Assembly: GCA_963775425.1 (NCBI GenBank)
Contig: CAVZJB010000009.1
Location: 16,616 to 80,615, forward strand
Direction: 5' to 3'
Length of the DNA stretch: 64,000 nt
DNA from: an uncultured delta proteobacterium
GTDB lineage: Bacteria > Myxococcota > UBA727 > VGSZ01
The notes beneath the pieces were generated by a model. That model made no database searches, was not told the DNA's origin, and was given only the letters and a program-made list of their open reading frames with translations. The position numbers and the translations under genes are program-made. This document shows positions 41,640-51,480 of the stretch, piece after piece; position 1 is the stretch's first letter, and every line of letters starts with the position of its first letter.

Positions 41640-43349
41640 ATGCCGACCACCTTCATTGCCCCAACGAGCGGCGTGCTGCTCGAGTTCATGAGCGACGCGC
41701 TGGACCTCGCCATTCCGCGAAAGGGATGGCGCACGCTGAACAAATTTCTCGATGGCGAGCGCGTGCTCGAGAAGGAGGCCTACGACGTCTTGCGGGTAAT
41801 CGCCGAGGAGCTCGTGAAGGAGACAGAAATCGTCCGCATTCCGGTGAAGCTCAACGCCGAGGCAGTGCATGGGCTCCTCATCGAGAACTCGCGTTTCTGG
41901 GACAGGTTTGTCGGCCAGTCGGACAAGGAGCTGTTGCGACTGCTCGAGAAGCACCCGTACGTGCGTCGTGCGTTTGCGCGGCTGCTGATGGTCGATGTCG
42001 CGCTACGCGTCGCGGGCTTTCGGTTCGCAGCCGGGCTCCCGACTGTCGAGGATTTCTACTTCGACAAGAAGCGCGGCGACTTGGTGGTCTCGGCCATCAA
42101 GGGCAGAGGCACGCGTGATCAGGTCGCCGGGGCGATCGACGTTCACCCGACGACCCTTGACGAGTGGTGCAGTGACGGGCTGCCGGACAAGGAGAGCATC
42201 AAGAAGCTCGCGCGGTTCCTCGCGAGGGAAGAGGAGGCAGGAGAGACGCCGAAGCAGCTCGAGTGGCGGGGGCGACTTCTGCGCCACCGGGCAGCTTGGC
42301 GACTCTACGACCTCGTGCGGGACGTGTTCTCATCGTGCGAGGAGGACCAGCGGTTCTTCCAAGACCTCCCCCAGAACGTCGTGTACCTCGTGAACTGCTT
42401 CACCAAGTGGTTCGAGGCGACCGCGAACGTCGACGTCCCCGGGGAGGCGAAAGACCCGGAGCGCTTCAAGTGGTTCGTTCTCGGCTACGGGCTCGAAGGA
42501 CGCAACAAGCCGATGCTCGACGAGCCGCATGGCGAACATGCGACGGTCACGAGGCGAGGCGTCGCCAAGTACCTCGACGATGAGCATCTCCGCGAGGCGT
42601 TGATGGCGGATGACATTGTGTACACGCAGAGCCACGCGGAGGCGCTTGCTGGCACTCTGGAGATGTTGCGGATGCACCGAGCCGTTGGCTTTCCAATCGC
42701 TCTGCTCGAGGTGATGTTCGGCTTTCATCAGGAGGCGGTCTGGGACGGGACCGGTGGCCTCGTTCCGGTCGGGACGCCGCCGGGAGAGCCGCGCCTCGCG
42801 ATGTTGCTCGCCGACGCCCACGGGAAGAGAACGAACGGCGACGTCGAGGGTGCGCGCGCGCTGTACGAGTCGGCAGCGAAGGAGTTCCCTGAAAGCGGAG
42901 TCGCTCGCTTGCGGCTCGCAGCGCACCTTGGCGAGACTGGCCACATCGATGAGGCGCTGCGGCAGTGCAGCGAAGCCGTGGCGCTCGTGCCCGGGTACGT
43001 CGTCGCGCGCGAAGAGCTCGGGGCGCTTCTGTTACAAGCGGAGCGTCCACTTGAAGCGCGGGCGGTCCTCCTGGCGGCGCTCGACCTCGTTGGCGGCGAA
43101 GCGACCGCGTCGGCGGAGCACCTCTATCAGCTTGGCGTGGCGCACTTGATGATTGACGAAGACGCGAATGCGAAGGAGGCGGATCGTGTTCTCTCGCTCG
43201 CGGTGGAGCGCGCCCCGCGCGACAGCATGTTGCTCGCGGCGGCGGCGACCGCCGCCGCTCTCGCTGGCGATCGATGGCGAGGAATCGATAGCCAGCGAGA
43301 GGCCACGTTTCGTGGACTGAAGATCGAGCTGCCAAGGCGAAAGCGCTGA
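41640..43349 (+). CDS. Hypothetical 569-aa protein with C-terminal TPR-like helical repeats
   Basis: Long ORF of protein-like composition; C-terminal …ALYESAAKEFPESGVARLRLAAHLGETGHIDEALRQCSEAVALVPG… (TPR-like). Confidence 0.5.
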   Translation: MPTTFIAPTSGVLLEFMSDALDLAIPRKGWRTLNKFLDGERVLEKEAYDVLRVIAEELVKETEIVRIPVKLNAEAVHGLLIENSRFWDRFVGQSDKELLRLLEKHPYVRRAFARLLMVDVALRVAGFRFAAGLPTVEDFYFDKKRGDLVVSAIKGRGTRDQVAGAIDVHPTTLDEWCSDGLPDKESIKKLARFLAREEEAGETPKQLEWRGRLLRHRAAWRLYDLVRDVFSSCEEDQRFFQDLPQNVVYLVNCFTKWFEATANVDVPGEAKDPERFKWFVLGYGLEGRNKPMLDEPHGEHATVTRRGVAKYLDDEHLREALMADDIVYTQSHAEALAGTLEMLRMHRAVGFPIALLEVMFGFHQEAVWDGTGGLVPVGTPPGEPRLAMLLADAHGKRTNGDVEGARALYESAAKEFPESGVARLRLAAHLGETGHIDEALRQCSEAVALVPGYVVAREELGALLLQAERPLEARAVLLAALDLVGGEATASAEHLYQLGVAHLMIDEDANAKEADRVLSLAVERAPRDSMLLAAAATAAALAGDRWRGIDSQREATFRGLKIELPRRKR

Positions 43350-43396
43350 TGGACGTGATCCCACAGCGGTTTCGCTGGCGACCCATTCCACGCTGT

Positions 43397-43900
43397 TCAG
43401 GCGGCAGCGTTGCGCTTGCGGACCACGGTGCGCGCGGTCGCGGCCGGTGCAGAGGCCGGGTTGTCCGCGGGCGACGGGTCGGTACGGGGCGGGGCATCGC
43501 GTCGGGGGCGCATCTGGAATCGCGCCTTCGGCCCCTCTCGCACGCCGTCATCGACGATGAGGCTCAGCGAGGCGTCCTTGTTCGTGAAGCCGACGCCGAC
43601 CCGCTTCCACTCGTTCGGCGCGCCGTTGACCTCCGCAACCAGGAAGAGCTCGTGCGTGGGGAACCTCTTCGGGTCGGCGCCCTCGTTCAGCGGGCGCTTG
43701 TCGCGGTCGATGCGGCGGAGCTGGAGCCGCTTCGGCTCGGGGAGCCCAGGTTGGTAGAGCAGCACCGAGTGGCTGCCGTCGCGGTTCTCGAACGCGGCAC
43801 CCACCCGGTTCCAGAACGCCTTCTGTCCCTCACGTTGCTGCACATCGAACAGCTCGTGCGTAGGCAGCTTCTTGATCGTCATCGCTGTGGTCGTCGTCAT
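43397..43900 (-). CDS. DUF736-like protein with two tandem copies of a ~45-aa module (PTHELF…W.RVG..F.N.D.S.S)
   Basis: Internal duplication KKLPTHELFDVQQREGQKAFWNRVGAAFENRDGSHSVLLY / KRFPTHELFLVAEVNGAPNEWKRVGVGFTNKDASLSLIVD; SD AGGAGAA. Confidence 0.5.
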   Translation of the reverse strand: MTTTTAMTIKKLPTHELFDVQQREGQKAFWNRVGAAFENRDGSHSVLLYQPGLPEPKRLQLRRIDRDKRPLNEGADPKRFPTHELFLVAEVNGAPNEWKRVGVGFTNKDASLSLIVDDGVREGPKARFQMRPRRDAPPRTDPSPADNPASAPAATARTVVRKRNAAA

Positions 43901-44010
43901 CGGCTTCTCCTGCGGGACGTGTCTCGTCGTCCCTTCGCCGCAGAGAGGGGCGACGAGAACACGCTCACAGGTGCCGAAGGCGAGGTCGTAGGGAGCAGGT
44001 GCAGTGGCGG

Positions 44011-44637
44011 TCACCGGGCGGCTACTTGCGGCGTGCCTTCCACTTTCGCACCGCAAGGTTCGTCCGCCCGAAGCGCTCGAGTGCGTTCTTGGCCATGTCG
44101 GGCCTGAACCTGGACGACGCGGAGAGGTGCACTCCGTTCCGGAGTTTCCTGAGAATCGGTCAGCTCACGCGTCAGCGCACCGCTGAGGAGTTTTTCCTCC
44201 GACGCGACCGCGATCAACCACGCGAATGAGATTCGGTTCTTGACGAAGTCGTCGCGGGGCTTGGCGGACCACGCGATCTTCCTTTGAAGTCTCTTGTAGT
44301 CTGCAAACTGCCACATCTGACCGGTGAGATGCCCGTTGGCGATTCCCCAGGAGATCGCCTCGCCGAGCAGCCCCTCGGTCGCTGCCGCGTAGTCGATGAC
44401 TTGGGTCCGAATGTGGGCGGCGCGTTCTTGGGGTTCCGCAAGCGCCGCGAGGCCGAGCTTGTACATCCATCGTGCACCATAGACGCACTCCGCGAGGACC
44501 CGCCGAAACTCGATGTCTATGATGTGGTCGAGGTCCTTCATCGTCTCATCGACGCTCGCGATGTCCTTGCGCGCAAACGCGCGGAGTCCGTCGACGAAGA
44601 TCTGGCCAAACTGTTCCTGGATCATGCGGTCCGACAT
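44011..44637 (-). CDS. Hypothetical protein (~208 aa)
   Basis: MSDRMIQEQFGQIFVDGLRAFARKDIASVDETMKDLDHIIDIEFRRVLAEC…; SD AGGGGG. Confidence 0.4.
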   Translation of the reverse strand: MSDRMIQEQFGQIFVDGLRAFARKDIASVDETMKDLDHIIDIEFRRVLAECVYGARWMYKLGLAALAEPQERAAHIRTQVIDYAAATEGLLGEAISWGIANGHLTGQMWQFADYKRLQRKIAWSAKPRDDFVKNRISFAWLIAVASEEKLLSGALTRELTDSQETPERSAPLRVVQVQARHGQERTRALRADEPCGAKVEGTPQVAAR

Positions 44638-44899
44638 TGCGCCCCCTGGATTCATCGCAGCTGCGACCTTCGGATGCTGTGGTCGAATCTTGATGATCGT
44701 TCTTGTTCTTGCAGGATAGCCAGCGACCTCCGGCCGCCCGTCGCGAAGCGACACACGGCTCTGCCGTGTGCGGCCGGCGATGGCGAGGACGCTGTTGCGG
44801 ACTTGCCTCGCGTGCCGGCCCGTCGCGTCAGCGACACCCGAAGGGTGCCGGCAGACGAAACCCCTTGTTGGGGGTGAGTCTGGAGGTCGCTGGCACCAC

Positions 44900-45000
44900 G
44901 TCAGTACGTGTCACATGCTTTGGATGCGGTGGTTTAGCTCCTCGGAAAGTGTCGCATGTGCCTCCCCATTGTTCTGACAGCAATTGACACCAATTGACGG
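44900..45000 (+). promoter_or_regulatory. Cluster of short direct repeats (2x GTGTC[A/G]CATG; CAATTGACA/CAATTGACGG iterons) - candidate ParB/partition or operator site
   Basis: ttctgacagCAATTGACAcCAATTGACgg and gtGTGTCACATGc…gtGTGTCGCATGtgc between parB (stop 45112) and the next gene. Confidence 0.3.
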
Positions 45001-45045
45001 GACGCTGGCGTCCGCCTCGATCGCCGTCGTCGATGGCCGGAAACG

Positions 45046-45080
45046 AGAAAAGGCGGCGCCCGATGGGTGCGCCGCCTCTT
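45046..45080 (-). terminator. Rho-independent-terminator-like hairpin downstream of parB (minus strand)
   Basis: aaggcggcgc-N9-gcgccgcctt perfect 10-bp stem; on the minus strand followed by TTTTCTCGTTT. Confidence 0.4.
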
Positions 45081-45111
45081 CTTCCGCGTTCACGATGCAG
45101 CGGAGCGCTCG

Positions 45112-46122
45112 CTACGGAGCGATCAGCAGGGTCTTGAACCCGAAGCCGGCGAGCGCGCGGGTGAGCTGCGCGGCGAGCTCGCCGCGCCCGGCGGTGGACA
45201 GCCTGCCGGCCTGGCGGAGGTCGACGACGCACCTGTCGGCGGTGACGACGACGGGTGGTTGCTCGCTTCGCGCCTCGTCGTTGCCGATGCTGCCGCGCGG
45301 GCGCGGGTCCTTCGCGCGGGCGATCTCCTCGCGGAGCCGGCGCTTGCTCCACCCCTCGGCCGCGCACGCGAAGGCGAGGCGCTTCGTCGTCTTCTCGGCC
45401 TGCGGCTTGAACTGCTCGCCGCCGAGCTCCTCGAGCTGGAGCGCGTCGCTCTCCCGCATCACGTTGTAGAGCGCGAGCAGCTCCGTGAGGTCGGTGAACT
45501 GGAGGCCGGGGTACTTGTGCACCTCGATCACGGGCTTCTTCGTCTTCGCATCGAGGACGACCTCTCCGGCGTCGTCAACCTTCTTGCGCGGCACCTTCAC
45601 CTCCCTCGCGTAGTCGCGGAACCACTCCGGAGAATTGGCGAGCTGGAGGTAGCGGTTGAGGTTGCGCTTGGTCCAGCCGAGGCTCTCCGCGAGCTGCGCC
45701 GCCTTCACGCCCGAGGAAACCGCGCGCGCCACCGCATCGGCGATCTCGGCCGCGCTCAGGTCGCTGCGGTTGAGGTTCTCGGCGAGCTGGAGCACGGGGA
45801 CGGCCGCGTCGTCGACGTCCACCGCGACAGCAGCGACGCGCGCGAAGCGTTTGTCCTTGGGGTGCTCCTGCGCGAGCTCGCTGAGCGCCTGGAAGCGGCG
45901 ATGCCCGCCGATAATCTCGTAGACGTCGCCGCGCGGGCGCACGACAATCGGCTGCAAGAGACCGTTCGCCAGGATGCTCTTCTTGAGCTCGTCGAAGGGC
46001 TCCCTCTCGAGGTTCAGCCGCGGGTTCGTCTCCGAGGGTGCGACCTGCTCGAAGGGAAGGTGCAAGAGCTCACGGGGCAGCTCGGGGATGGTCGTCTTGC
46101 TCGTCGTCTGCTCTTCAATCAT
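45112..46122 (-). CDS. parB: ParB-family partition/nuclease-domain protein
   Basis: ParB box LQPIVVRPRGDVYEIIGGHRRFQA; 336 aa. Confidence 0.8.
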   Translation of the reverse strand: MIEEQTTSKTTIPELPRELLHLPFEQVAPSETNPRLNLEREPFDELKKSILANGLLQPIVVRPRGDVYEIIGGHRRFQALSELAQEHPKDKRFARVAAVAVDVDDAAVPVLQLAENLNRSDLSAAEIADAVARAVSSGVKAAQLAESLGWTKRNLNRYLQLANSPEWFRDYAREVKVPRKKVDDAGEVVLDAKTKKPVIEVHKYPGLQFTDLTELLALYNVMRESDALQLEELGGEQFKPQAEKTTKRLAFACAAEGWSKRRLREEIARAKDPRPRGSIGNDEARSEQPPVVVTADRCVVDLRQAGRLSTAGRGELAAQLTRALAGFGFKTLLIAP

Positions 46123-47116
46123 GCATTGCCTCCAGGTTCTTCAGGAACGCGAGGTGTTCACGCCTCGCGAGGGGACCGAGCACCAGCTTCGGCATCGGGA
46201 GCACGGCCAAGGGATCGACGGGGATGCCGGCGAGGTGGAGCTCGTAGTGGAGATGAGGGCCGGTCGACCGGCCCGTGTTGCCGCTGTCGGCGATGTGCTG
46301 ACCCTGCTCGACGATGCTCCCGACGTGAAGCGCTTCGTCGCTGCGGTCGAGGTGGAGATAGAACGACTCGTAGCCGTCGGCGTGCGCGAGCTTGATGAAG
46401 TTGCCCGACTCCTTCGAGGAGCCGATGGCGGCGACGCGTCCGCGACCGACGGCGACAACGGACGTTCCGCGCGGCACGCCGTAGTCGATGCCGTGGTGGG
46501 TGTCGGCCTTGCCGTTGAACGCGTCGAAGCGGTCGCCGAAGCGTGAGGTGATGCGGCGCAAGCGCACTGGACGCGCGAGGAGGGTGCCGGTCATGAGCCG
46601 CCCATCGGCATCGTAGAAGCCGCGCGGTGCGCGTGTTCCGGCGTAGAGCGCGGCGAAGATCGACCGGTCCGCACCGAGCTCGAGCTTCGCGGCGACGAGC
46701 GTCTCATCGCGTATCCAGAGCGAGAGCCGCCGCCCGACTCGCGCATGGGCGAAGAGGTCGATGCGCCCCACGAAGGCGTCGTCGATTGCGTCGGCGAGCG
46801 TCGTCGACTCGACGCCAGCACGGCGGAGCGCACCGTCGATGCCGTCGCCCGCGAGGACGAAGTCGCGGCGTGAGACGCCGGCGTCCCGCGAGTCGCGGCG
46901 CGAGACGCCGGCGTCCCGCACCTCCTCCGCCTGGTGCAACACGCCGGGCACCCACGCCACGAGAGGGTCGGGGGCGTGCGGCACGGAGTGCTCAGGAAGG
47001 TGCGCGCTCGCCGCACGCACATCGTCACGACACGCCGCGAGGAGGACGGCGGTCGCGATGGCGAGGAGGTTCTTCCTCGCCTTCGACGTGCGGCGGCGAG
47101 CGCGCGGAGCGTTCAC
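46115..47116 (-). CDS. M23-family (LytM/lysostaphin-like) metallopeptidase lipoprotein; GTG start overlapping the upstream stop
   Basis: Signal/lipobox …KNLLAIATAVLLAAC; M23 motifs HHGIDYGVP…GNFIKLAHADGYESFYLHL…TGPHLHYELH; track ORF 46115..48274 N-terminus is junk. Confidence 0.7.
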   Translation of the reverse strand: MNAPRARRRTSKARKNLLAIATAVLLAACRDDVRAASAHLPEHSVPHAPDPLVAWVPGVLHQAEEVRDAGVSRRDSRDAGVSRRDFVLAGDGIDGALRRAGVESTTLADAIDDAFVGRIDLFAHARVGRRLSLWIRDETLVAAKLELGADRSIFAALYAGTRAPRGFYDADGRLMTGTLLARPVRLRRITSRFGDRFDAFNGKADTHHGIDYGVPRGTSVVAVGRGRVAAIGSSKESGNFIKLAHADGYESFYLHLDRSDEALHVGSIVEQGQHIADSGNTGRSTGPHLHYELHLAGIPVDPLAVLPMPKLVLGPLARREHLAFLKNLEAMHD

Positions 47117-48201
47117 GCCAGATCTCGCGCGAGCTCGTCGGAGACGTTCTGCCACTGCGCGCGCTTCGGATCGGCGAGGCACTCGAGCTCCTCGCGCGCG
47201 TGCGCCAGCACGAGCGCCTCGCGCTGGTTCGGCGCGGACGGCGCCACCGCCACGCGCACGCTCGCCTCGATGGCGTCCTTGCGCAGGTCGGCGAGGCCCG
47301 TCTCGAGCGGCGGGTAGCGTTCGAGGCGGGAGCGGCCCTCGGCCTCGATCTCCTTCATCTGCTCGCGCGGCATGTCCCAGAGATCGCGCAGCAACGCACG
47401 ATGCTCGGGCGCCTTCGCGATGACGGCGAGCGTGAGCATGTGGACGGTGTTGCGCTCGCTCTTGTCCGTCTGAAACTCGCGCACGGCGGTAGGGAGCGCC
47501 TCCCGCGCCGAGCGCTGCGAGTGGTGGCCTTCGACGAGGAGCTCGCGCGCGGAGCCCTCGATCGCTCCGCGGAGCGGCGACGACAGGCCCCGCACCGTCG
47601 CGAGGGTGGTGTCCATCTGCTGCTCGATGGTCGGGCGCTCGCGTTCGAGCAAGCTCTGCTGCCGCGGCTGCTGCTGGGCAGCCGGATCGTTCTTCATCAC
47701 CTCCTTCCTGCTCTCCCCGGCGCGCTCGGCGCCGTGGGGAGGATGCTTGGCGCTGAAGACGTCGATGCGCTGCTTGAGCTCGCCGATGCTCTGCACCGGC
47801 TGCTTGTCCCGAAGCGCAGAGAAGACGACGGCGTACGCGATGTGGGTACGCTCGCGCTCGGCGTGGTTGCCGCGGCTCGCCTTGAACTCCTCGATGTCCT
47901 TCTTGGTGAAGCGCTCCCACGAGCCCATCACGTGCTGCGCGTCGAGCGGGTAGCGCTTGATCTTGTCGGCCATCGCGAGCGCGCCCACGCGCAGGTCGCC
48001 GTTCACGCCCTTCTCCTCGACCTCCTTGATGAAGCGGTACTGGATCTTCCCGACGCGGGCGCGCCCGGTGGGCTGCTCCCGCCCGGTCGGCCGCTCGCGC
48101 TTGCCGCTCCCTTCGCGGGCCTGGGCTCGCGGGGGCTGGCTGCGCTCGCGCTGCTGCTGCTGTTCTGTTTCTCGGGCGTCGGCTCGGCTTCGGTTTCGCA
48201 T
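47113..48201 (-). CDS. Hypothetical 362-aa protein (first gene of the peptidase/ParB operon)
   Basis: Protein-like composition (IQYRFIKEVEEKGVNGDLRV…), SD AGGAGG 6 nt before the ATG. Confidence 0.5.
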   Translation of the reverse strand: MRNRSRADARETEQQQQRERSQPPRAQAREGSGKRERPTGREQPTGRARVGKIQYRFIKEVEEKGVNGDLRVGALAMADKIKRYPLDAQHVMGSWERFTKKDIEEFKASRGNHAERERTHIAYAVVFSALRDKQPVQSIGELKQRIDVFSAKHPPHGAERAGESRKEVMKNDPAAQQQPRQQSLLERERPTIEQQMDTTLATVRGLSSPLRGAIEGSARELLVEGHHSQRSAREALPTAVREFQTDKSERNTVHMLTLAVIAKAPEHRALLRDLWDMPREQMKEIEAEGRSRLERYPPLETGLADLRKDAIEASVRVAVAPSAPNQREALVLAHAREELECLADPKRAQWQNVSDELARDLA

Positions 48202-48317
48202 GGTGCGACCTCCTGACGGGACAAGTCGCGGCGGGCGCGGATCGCGCTCGCGGTTTCGTCGTGCGCGAATTCACAGGGATCGCGAGCGCCGGCTACCGCG
48301 GCTGCGACTCGTCCGAG

Positions 48318-48837
48318 ATGCACGACTCCGACGGCACCCCCGACCCGTCCCACGCCTCGCGTCTCCTCAGCGGCGAACTGCCGTCAGGGAACGTCACGCG
48401 CCTTCTCCGCGTGTTCGCGCGCGCCTCGCTCGATCCCGCGTCGCTGGTGACGCGCAACGAGGCGATCGCCGCGCTGCCGTTCCGCACCGGCGGGGACGTC
48501 TGGCTCGACGAGCACGTGAAGCCGGCGGTGAAGGTCGGCGACGAGGCGCTCTACCGGTGGGGCGACGTCACGGCCGCGCTCGCGCCGAAGGCGAGGGTCG
48601 CGCAGCTCCCGATCGATGGGCGCTTCATGACCTGCGACGAAGCGGCCGCCTACCTCGGCTACCGCTCCACCAACGCGCTGCGCATGGCGGTGTCGCGCAA
48701 ACAGATCACGCCCACAGCTCGTCGAGGAAGGACGCTGCTTTTCACGCGCGCCGATCTTGACCGACAGCTTCTCGTCGGTACGATCGATGTGCTGCGGCCT
48801 CGTCCTTCATCGTTGCTCGACGACAAGGAGAGCGACG
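48318..48837 (+). CDS. Excisionase/AlpA-like HTH protein upstream of the integrase (3' end undefined; the frame has no stop until well into int)
   Basis: RFMTCDEAAAYLGYRSTNALRMAVSRKQITPTARRGRTLLFTRADLDRQL resembles AlpA/MerR-type excisionase HTH. Confidence 0.3.
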
Positions 48838-50139
48838 ATGAGACGCGGAAACAAAGGGATCCATCCGGGAATTCGCCCGGATGGGAAGAACGGGTTCGTA
48901 GTGCGGATCACGCTCCGCAACGAGGAGAACGTCCAGAAGGAGAGAGAGACGAGGGTGATCGGCACCCTGACGGAAGCGATTCGCGTGCGGGAGGATCTCC
49001 GGGAGGAGCTGCTGCGCGAGTTCGCGGACGAGGCCAAGCTGAGGGAGCTGGGTCTCGAGAGAGCCAACGCGAGGAAAGAGATCCTTACGGCCTACGCGAA
49101 GCGGTGGCTCGAACACGTAGAGAAGAGCGGCAGGAACCGGAAACATGTCGTCGACCAGCACGCAGACATGCTCGAACGCTTCATCCTCCCGAGACTCGGG
49201 CGGATGGAGGTCGGCCAGATCACGAGGAGAGACATCGTGATGTGGATGGAGGGCCTCGGCGATCTGAAGAGCAGGAGCGGTGAGCAGTACGCGAAGCAGA
49301 CCCTCGCGGGTGTGTGGGCGACGCTGCGGTGCATGCTCAAAGACGCGCTCGTCCTGTGCAACTTGAAGCAGGACGTGACGGCGGGTGTTCGGTTCCGCGT
49401 GCGAGGGAAGGAAGCGACGGAGAAGGATGTGCTGACGCGAGACGAGCTCGGTCGCCTCCTCGACGAGACCCATGCAGAGGCCCCGGACATGCGCGCCATG
49501 ATCTGGGTCGGGTTCACGACGGGGATGCGGTTTGGCGAGCTGAGCGCGCTTCAGTGGAGCGACATCGACTTCGAGGGTGGGCTCATCCACGTTCGCAAGT
49601 CGCAGGTGAAGGGGAACGTCGGTCCGACCAAGACGCGTTCCCGCCGCACCGTGCCGCTCCATCCCGTCGTCGCGGAGATCCTGCACGCGCACGCGAGCTG
49701 GCAGCAGGAGAAGAGGATCCTCGGACGCGAGTCCGGGTTTCTGTTCCTGCCGACGAGGACGCGGACCACCGGTGACGACGACGGCGTCGTCTCCGATGCT
49801 GTGCGGCTTCGGTACTCGAACGTGTTGTCAAAGCCGCTCGCGCGCTGCGCTGAACGGGCGAAGGTGAACAAGCACGTCACGCCGCACACGATGCGGCGGA
49901 CGTTCAACAACCTCGCGCGCCAGGCAGCCGGAGAGATCGTGGCGAGGTCGATGACGGGCCACACGACGACGGCGATGACCGAGCACTACTCGCACGTGAC
50001 GCTGGAAGAGAAGAACCGTGCGCTGACGGTTGCGCTCGGTTTGTTGGGGACAAACCCTGTGGTGACGACGTCTGCTGGGGTGCACCCCAGCAAAATGGTG
50101 CAATTCACCCCAGCAAGACGAAAAAGACGAGGCTTGTAA
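48838..50139 (+). CDS. int: Tyrosine-type site-specific integrase (P4-like), adjacent to tRNA-Pro
   Basis: N-terminal arm-binding-like region, C-terminal catalytic domain (…HTMRRTFNN…HTTTAMTEHYSHV… with R…HxxR…Y); SD AAGGAGAG. Confidence 0.85.
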   Translation: MRRGNKGIHPGIRPDGKNGFVVRITLRNEENVQKERETRVIGTLTEAIRVREDLREELLREFADEAKLRELGLERANARKEILTAYAKRWLEHVEKSGRNRKHVVDQHADMLERFILPRLGRMEVGQITRRDIVMWMEGLGDLKSRSGEQYAKQTLAGVWATLRCMLKDALVLCNLKQDVTAGVRFRVRGKEATEKDVLTRDELGRLLDETHAEAPDMRAMIWVGFTTGMRFGELSALQWSDIDFEGGLIHVRKSQVKGNVGPTKTRSRRTVPLHPVVAEILHAHASWQQEKRILGRESGFLFLPTRTRTTGDDDGVVSDAVRLRYSNVLSKPLARCAERAKVNKHVTPHTMRRTFNNLARQAAGEIVARSMTGHTTTAMTEHYSHVTLEEKNRALTVALGLLGTNPVVTTSAGVHPSKMVQFTPARRKRRGL

Positions 50140-50155
50140 GTAGGCGAAAGTTAAG

Positions 50156-50232
50156 TGGTCGGGGCGACACGATTCGAACGTGCGACTTCCAGTTCCCAAA
50201 ACTGGCGCTCTACCAAGCTGAGCTACGCCCCG
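50156..50232 (-). tRNA. tRNA-Pro (anticodon UGG), 77 nt with encoded CCA
   Basis: Manual fold: acceptor CGGGGCG/CGCCCCG, D-arm GCTC-AGCTTGGTA-GAGC, anticodon arm CCAGT-TTTGGGA-ACTGG (U33, G37), T-arm GCACG-TTCGAAT-CGTGT, ACCA. Confidence 0.85.
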
Positions 50233-50876
50233 GCGTCTTCGTTGTCCCATGTGGCGCTGCCGTCGACAAGTCGCTCAACCGGGTTCATCTGGGATGTCGT
50301 CGCCGCGCTCGGCGTGACCGAGCGACCCGTCGAGTCGGGGCCGGTGTCCTTGGGGGGTCGAGGTCGTCCCCGTCGTCGGCTTCGTGCGCCCACGTCGTCG
50401 GTCGGTGCGGCCCTCACGCCGGGAGCGCACCCCTGAGGCCGCCCGCGGCGCGCGTGCGGTCGCGCCGACCACGGGACCCACCCCGGCGGCCGGGGACCCG
50501 TGTGTCGTCCGGGAGCGCGCGCCGCAGGACGGCGGTGGACGCTCCCGGAGGCGCCACCCGCACGGGCGGCGGTCGGGGCTTACCCGGAGCGCCTCAAGTG
50601 CGGGTGGCGCGGAGGGAGCGGGAGCCGCCGGACAAGGCGGGCGCGGACCGTTCAGGCGAGGGCGACGTCGAGCCCGCGGGTGTTTGGTGGAGGAGCGCTG
50701 CCGGCCGGGACGGCGGCGAGGGCTCCCCGCCGGGGCCCCTTCCGCAGGCGCCCGCGCGGCTGTGCTCGATGCGAAAAGGGGAGCGCCGAGGACCGGGGCC
50801 CCAAGGGGAGCCCCTCGTCGCCGGCCCAGGCGGCGCGGTCCATCCCATTCGGGTACCCGTGCTAGAAGCCAGGGTC

Positions 50877-51425
50877 ATGACGGGCGAGCTCTCGCCAAGC
50901 CCGGCCCGCCTGGCCAGACGGGCCCACATCCTCGAGGCCGCGCGGGCGCTGGTGGGCGCGCGCGCGCCCGAGGGCTTCGACCCCGTGCGCTCTCCGCTGT
51001 GCGCCATCGACGTCGTCATGGTCGCCGGCAGCCCCTGGCTCAAGGACGGGCTCGAGCGCGACTTCACCAAGGACGAGTCGGGCTACCGAAAGATAGGCGG
51101 CGGCGCGAACACCCCCGCCCAGGCCTACTTCTTTCGCTCGTCGTCGAACCTCGTGCACTACCTCAAGCGAGCCGGCTTCTACGTGCCGCGAGGCAGCCGG
51201 CCGGAGCCCGCCCCCGGCATGGCCTGCTTCCTCGACTGGGACGACCGCGGCAGGTTCAACTTCACGCCGGACCGCGCCGGCATCGTCATCGACGTCAAGG
51301 ACGGCCACGTCACGCGCATCGTGGTCCCCCGCGCCGACGACGGCGGCCTCGTCGTCAAGTCCATCGACGTCCACCGCGGCGACCCGCAGGACCGCGCGCT
51401 CATCGGCTACAGCGACCTGCCGTGA
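50877..51425 (+). CDS. Hypothetical protein (~182 aa)
   Basis: MTGELSPSPARLARRAHILEAARALVGAR…FTKDESGYRKIGGGANTPAQAYFFRSSSNLVHYLKRAGFYVP…; embedded in a longer junk ORF. Confidence 0.45.
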   Translation: MTGELSPSPARLARRAHILEAARALVGARAPEGFDPVRSPLCAIDVVMVAGSPWLKDGLERDFTKDESGYRKIGGGANTPAQAYFFRSSSNLVHYLKRAGFYVPRGSRPEPAPGMACFLDWDDRGRFNFTPDRAGIVIDVKDGHVTRIVVPRADDGGLVVKSIDVHRGDPQDRALIGYSDLP

Positions 51426-51480
51426 GCCCCCGCCCTACGAAGCGGGCCCCGCCGTACGAAGCGGGGGACGAGCCCCCGCC

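Noticed and set aside
46115-48274. 719-aa minus-strand ORF
   Set aside because: Only the C-terminal ~334 aa (M23 lipoprotein from GTG 47116) are protein-like; the upstream part overlaps the real 362-aa gene in another frame and is R/A/P junk.
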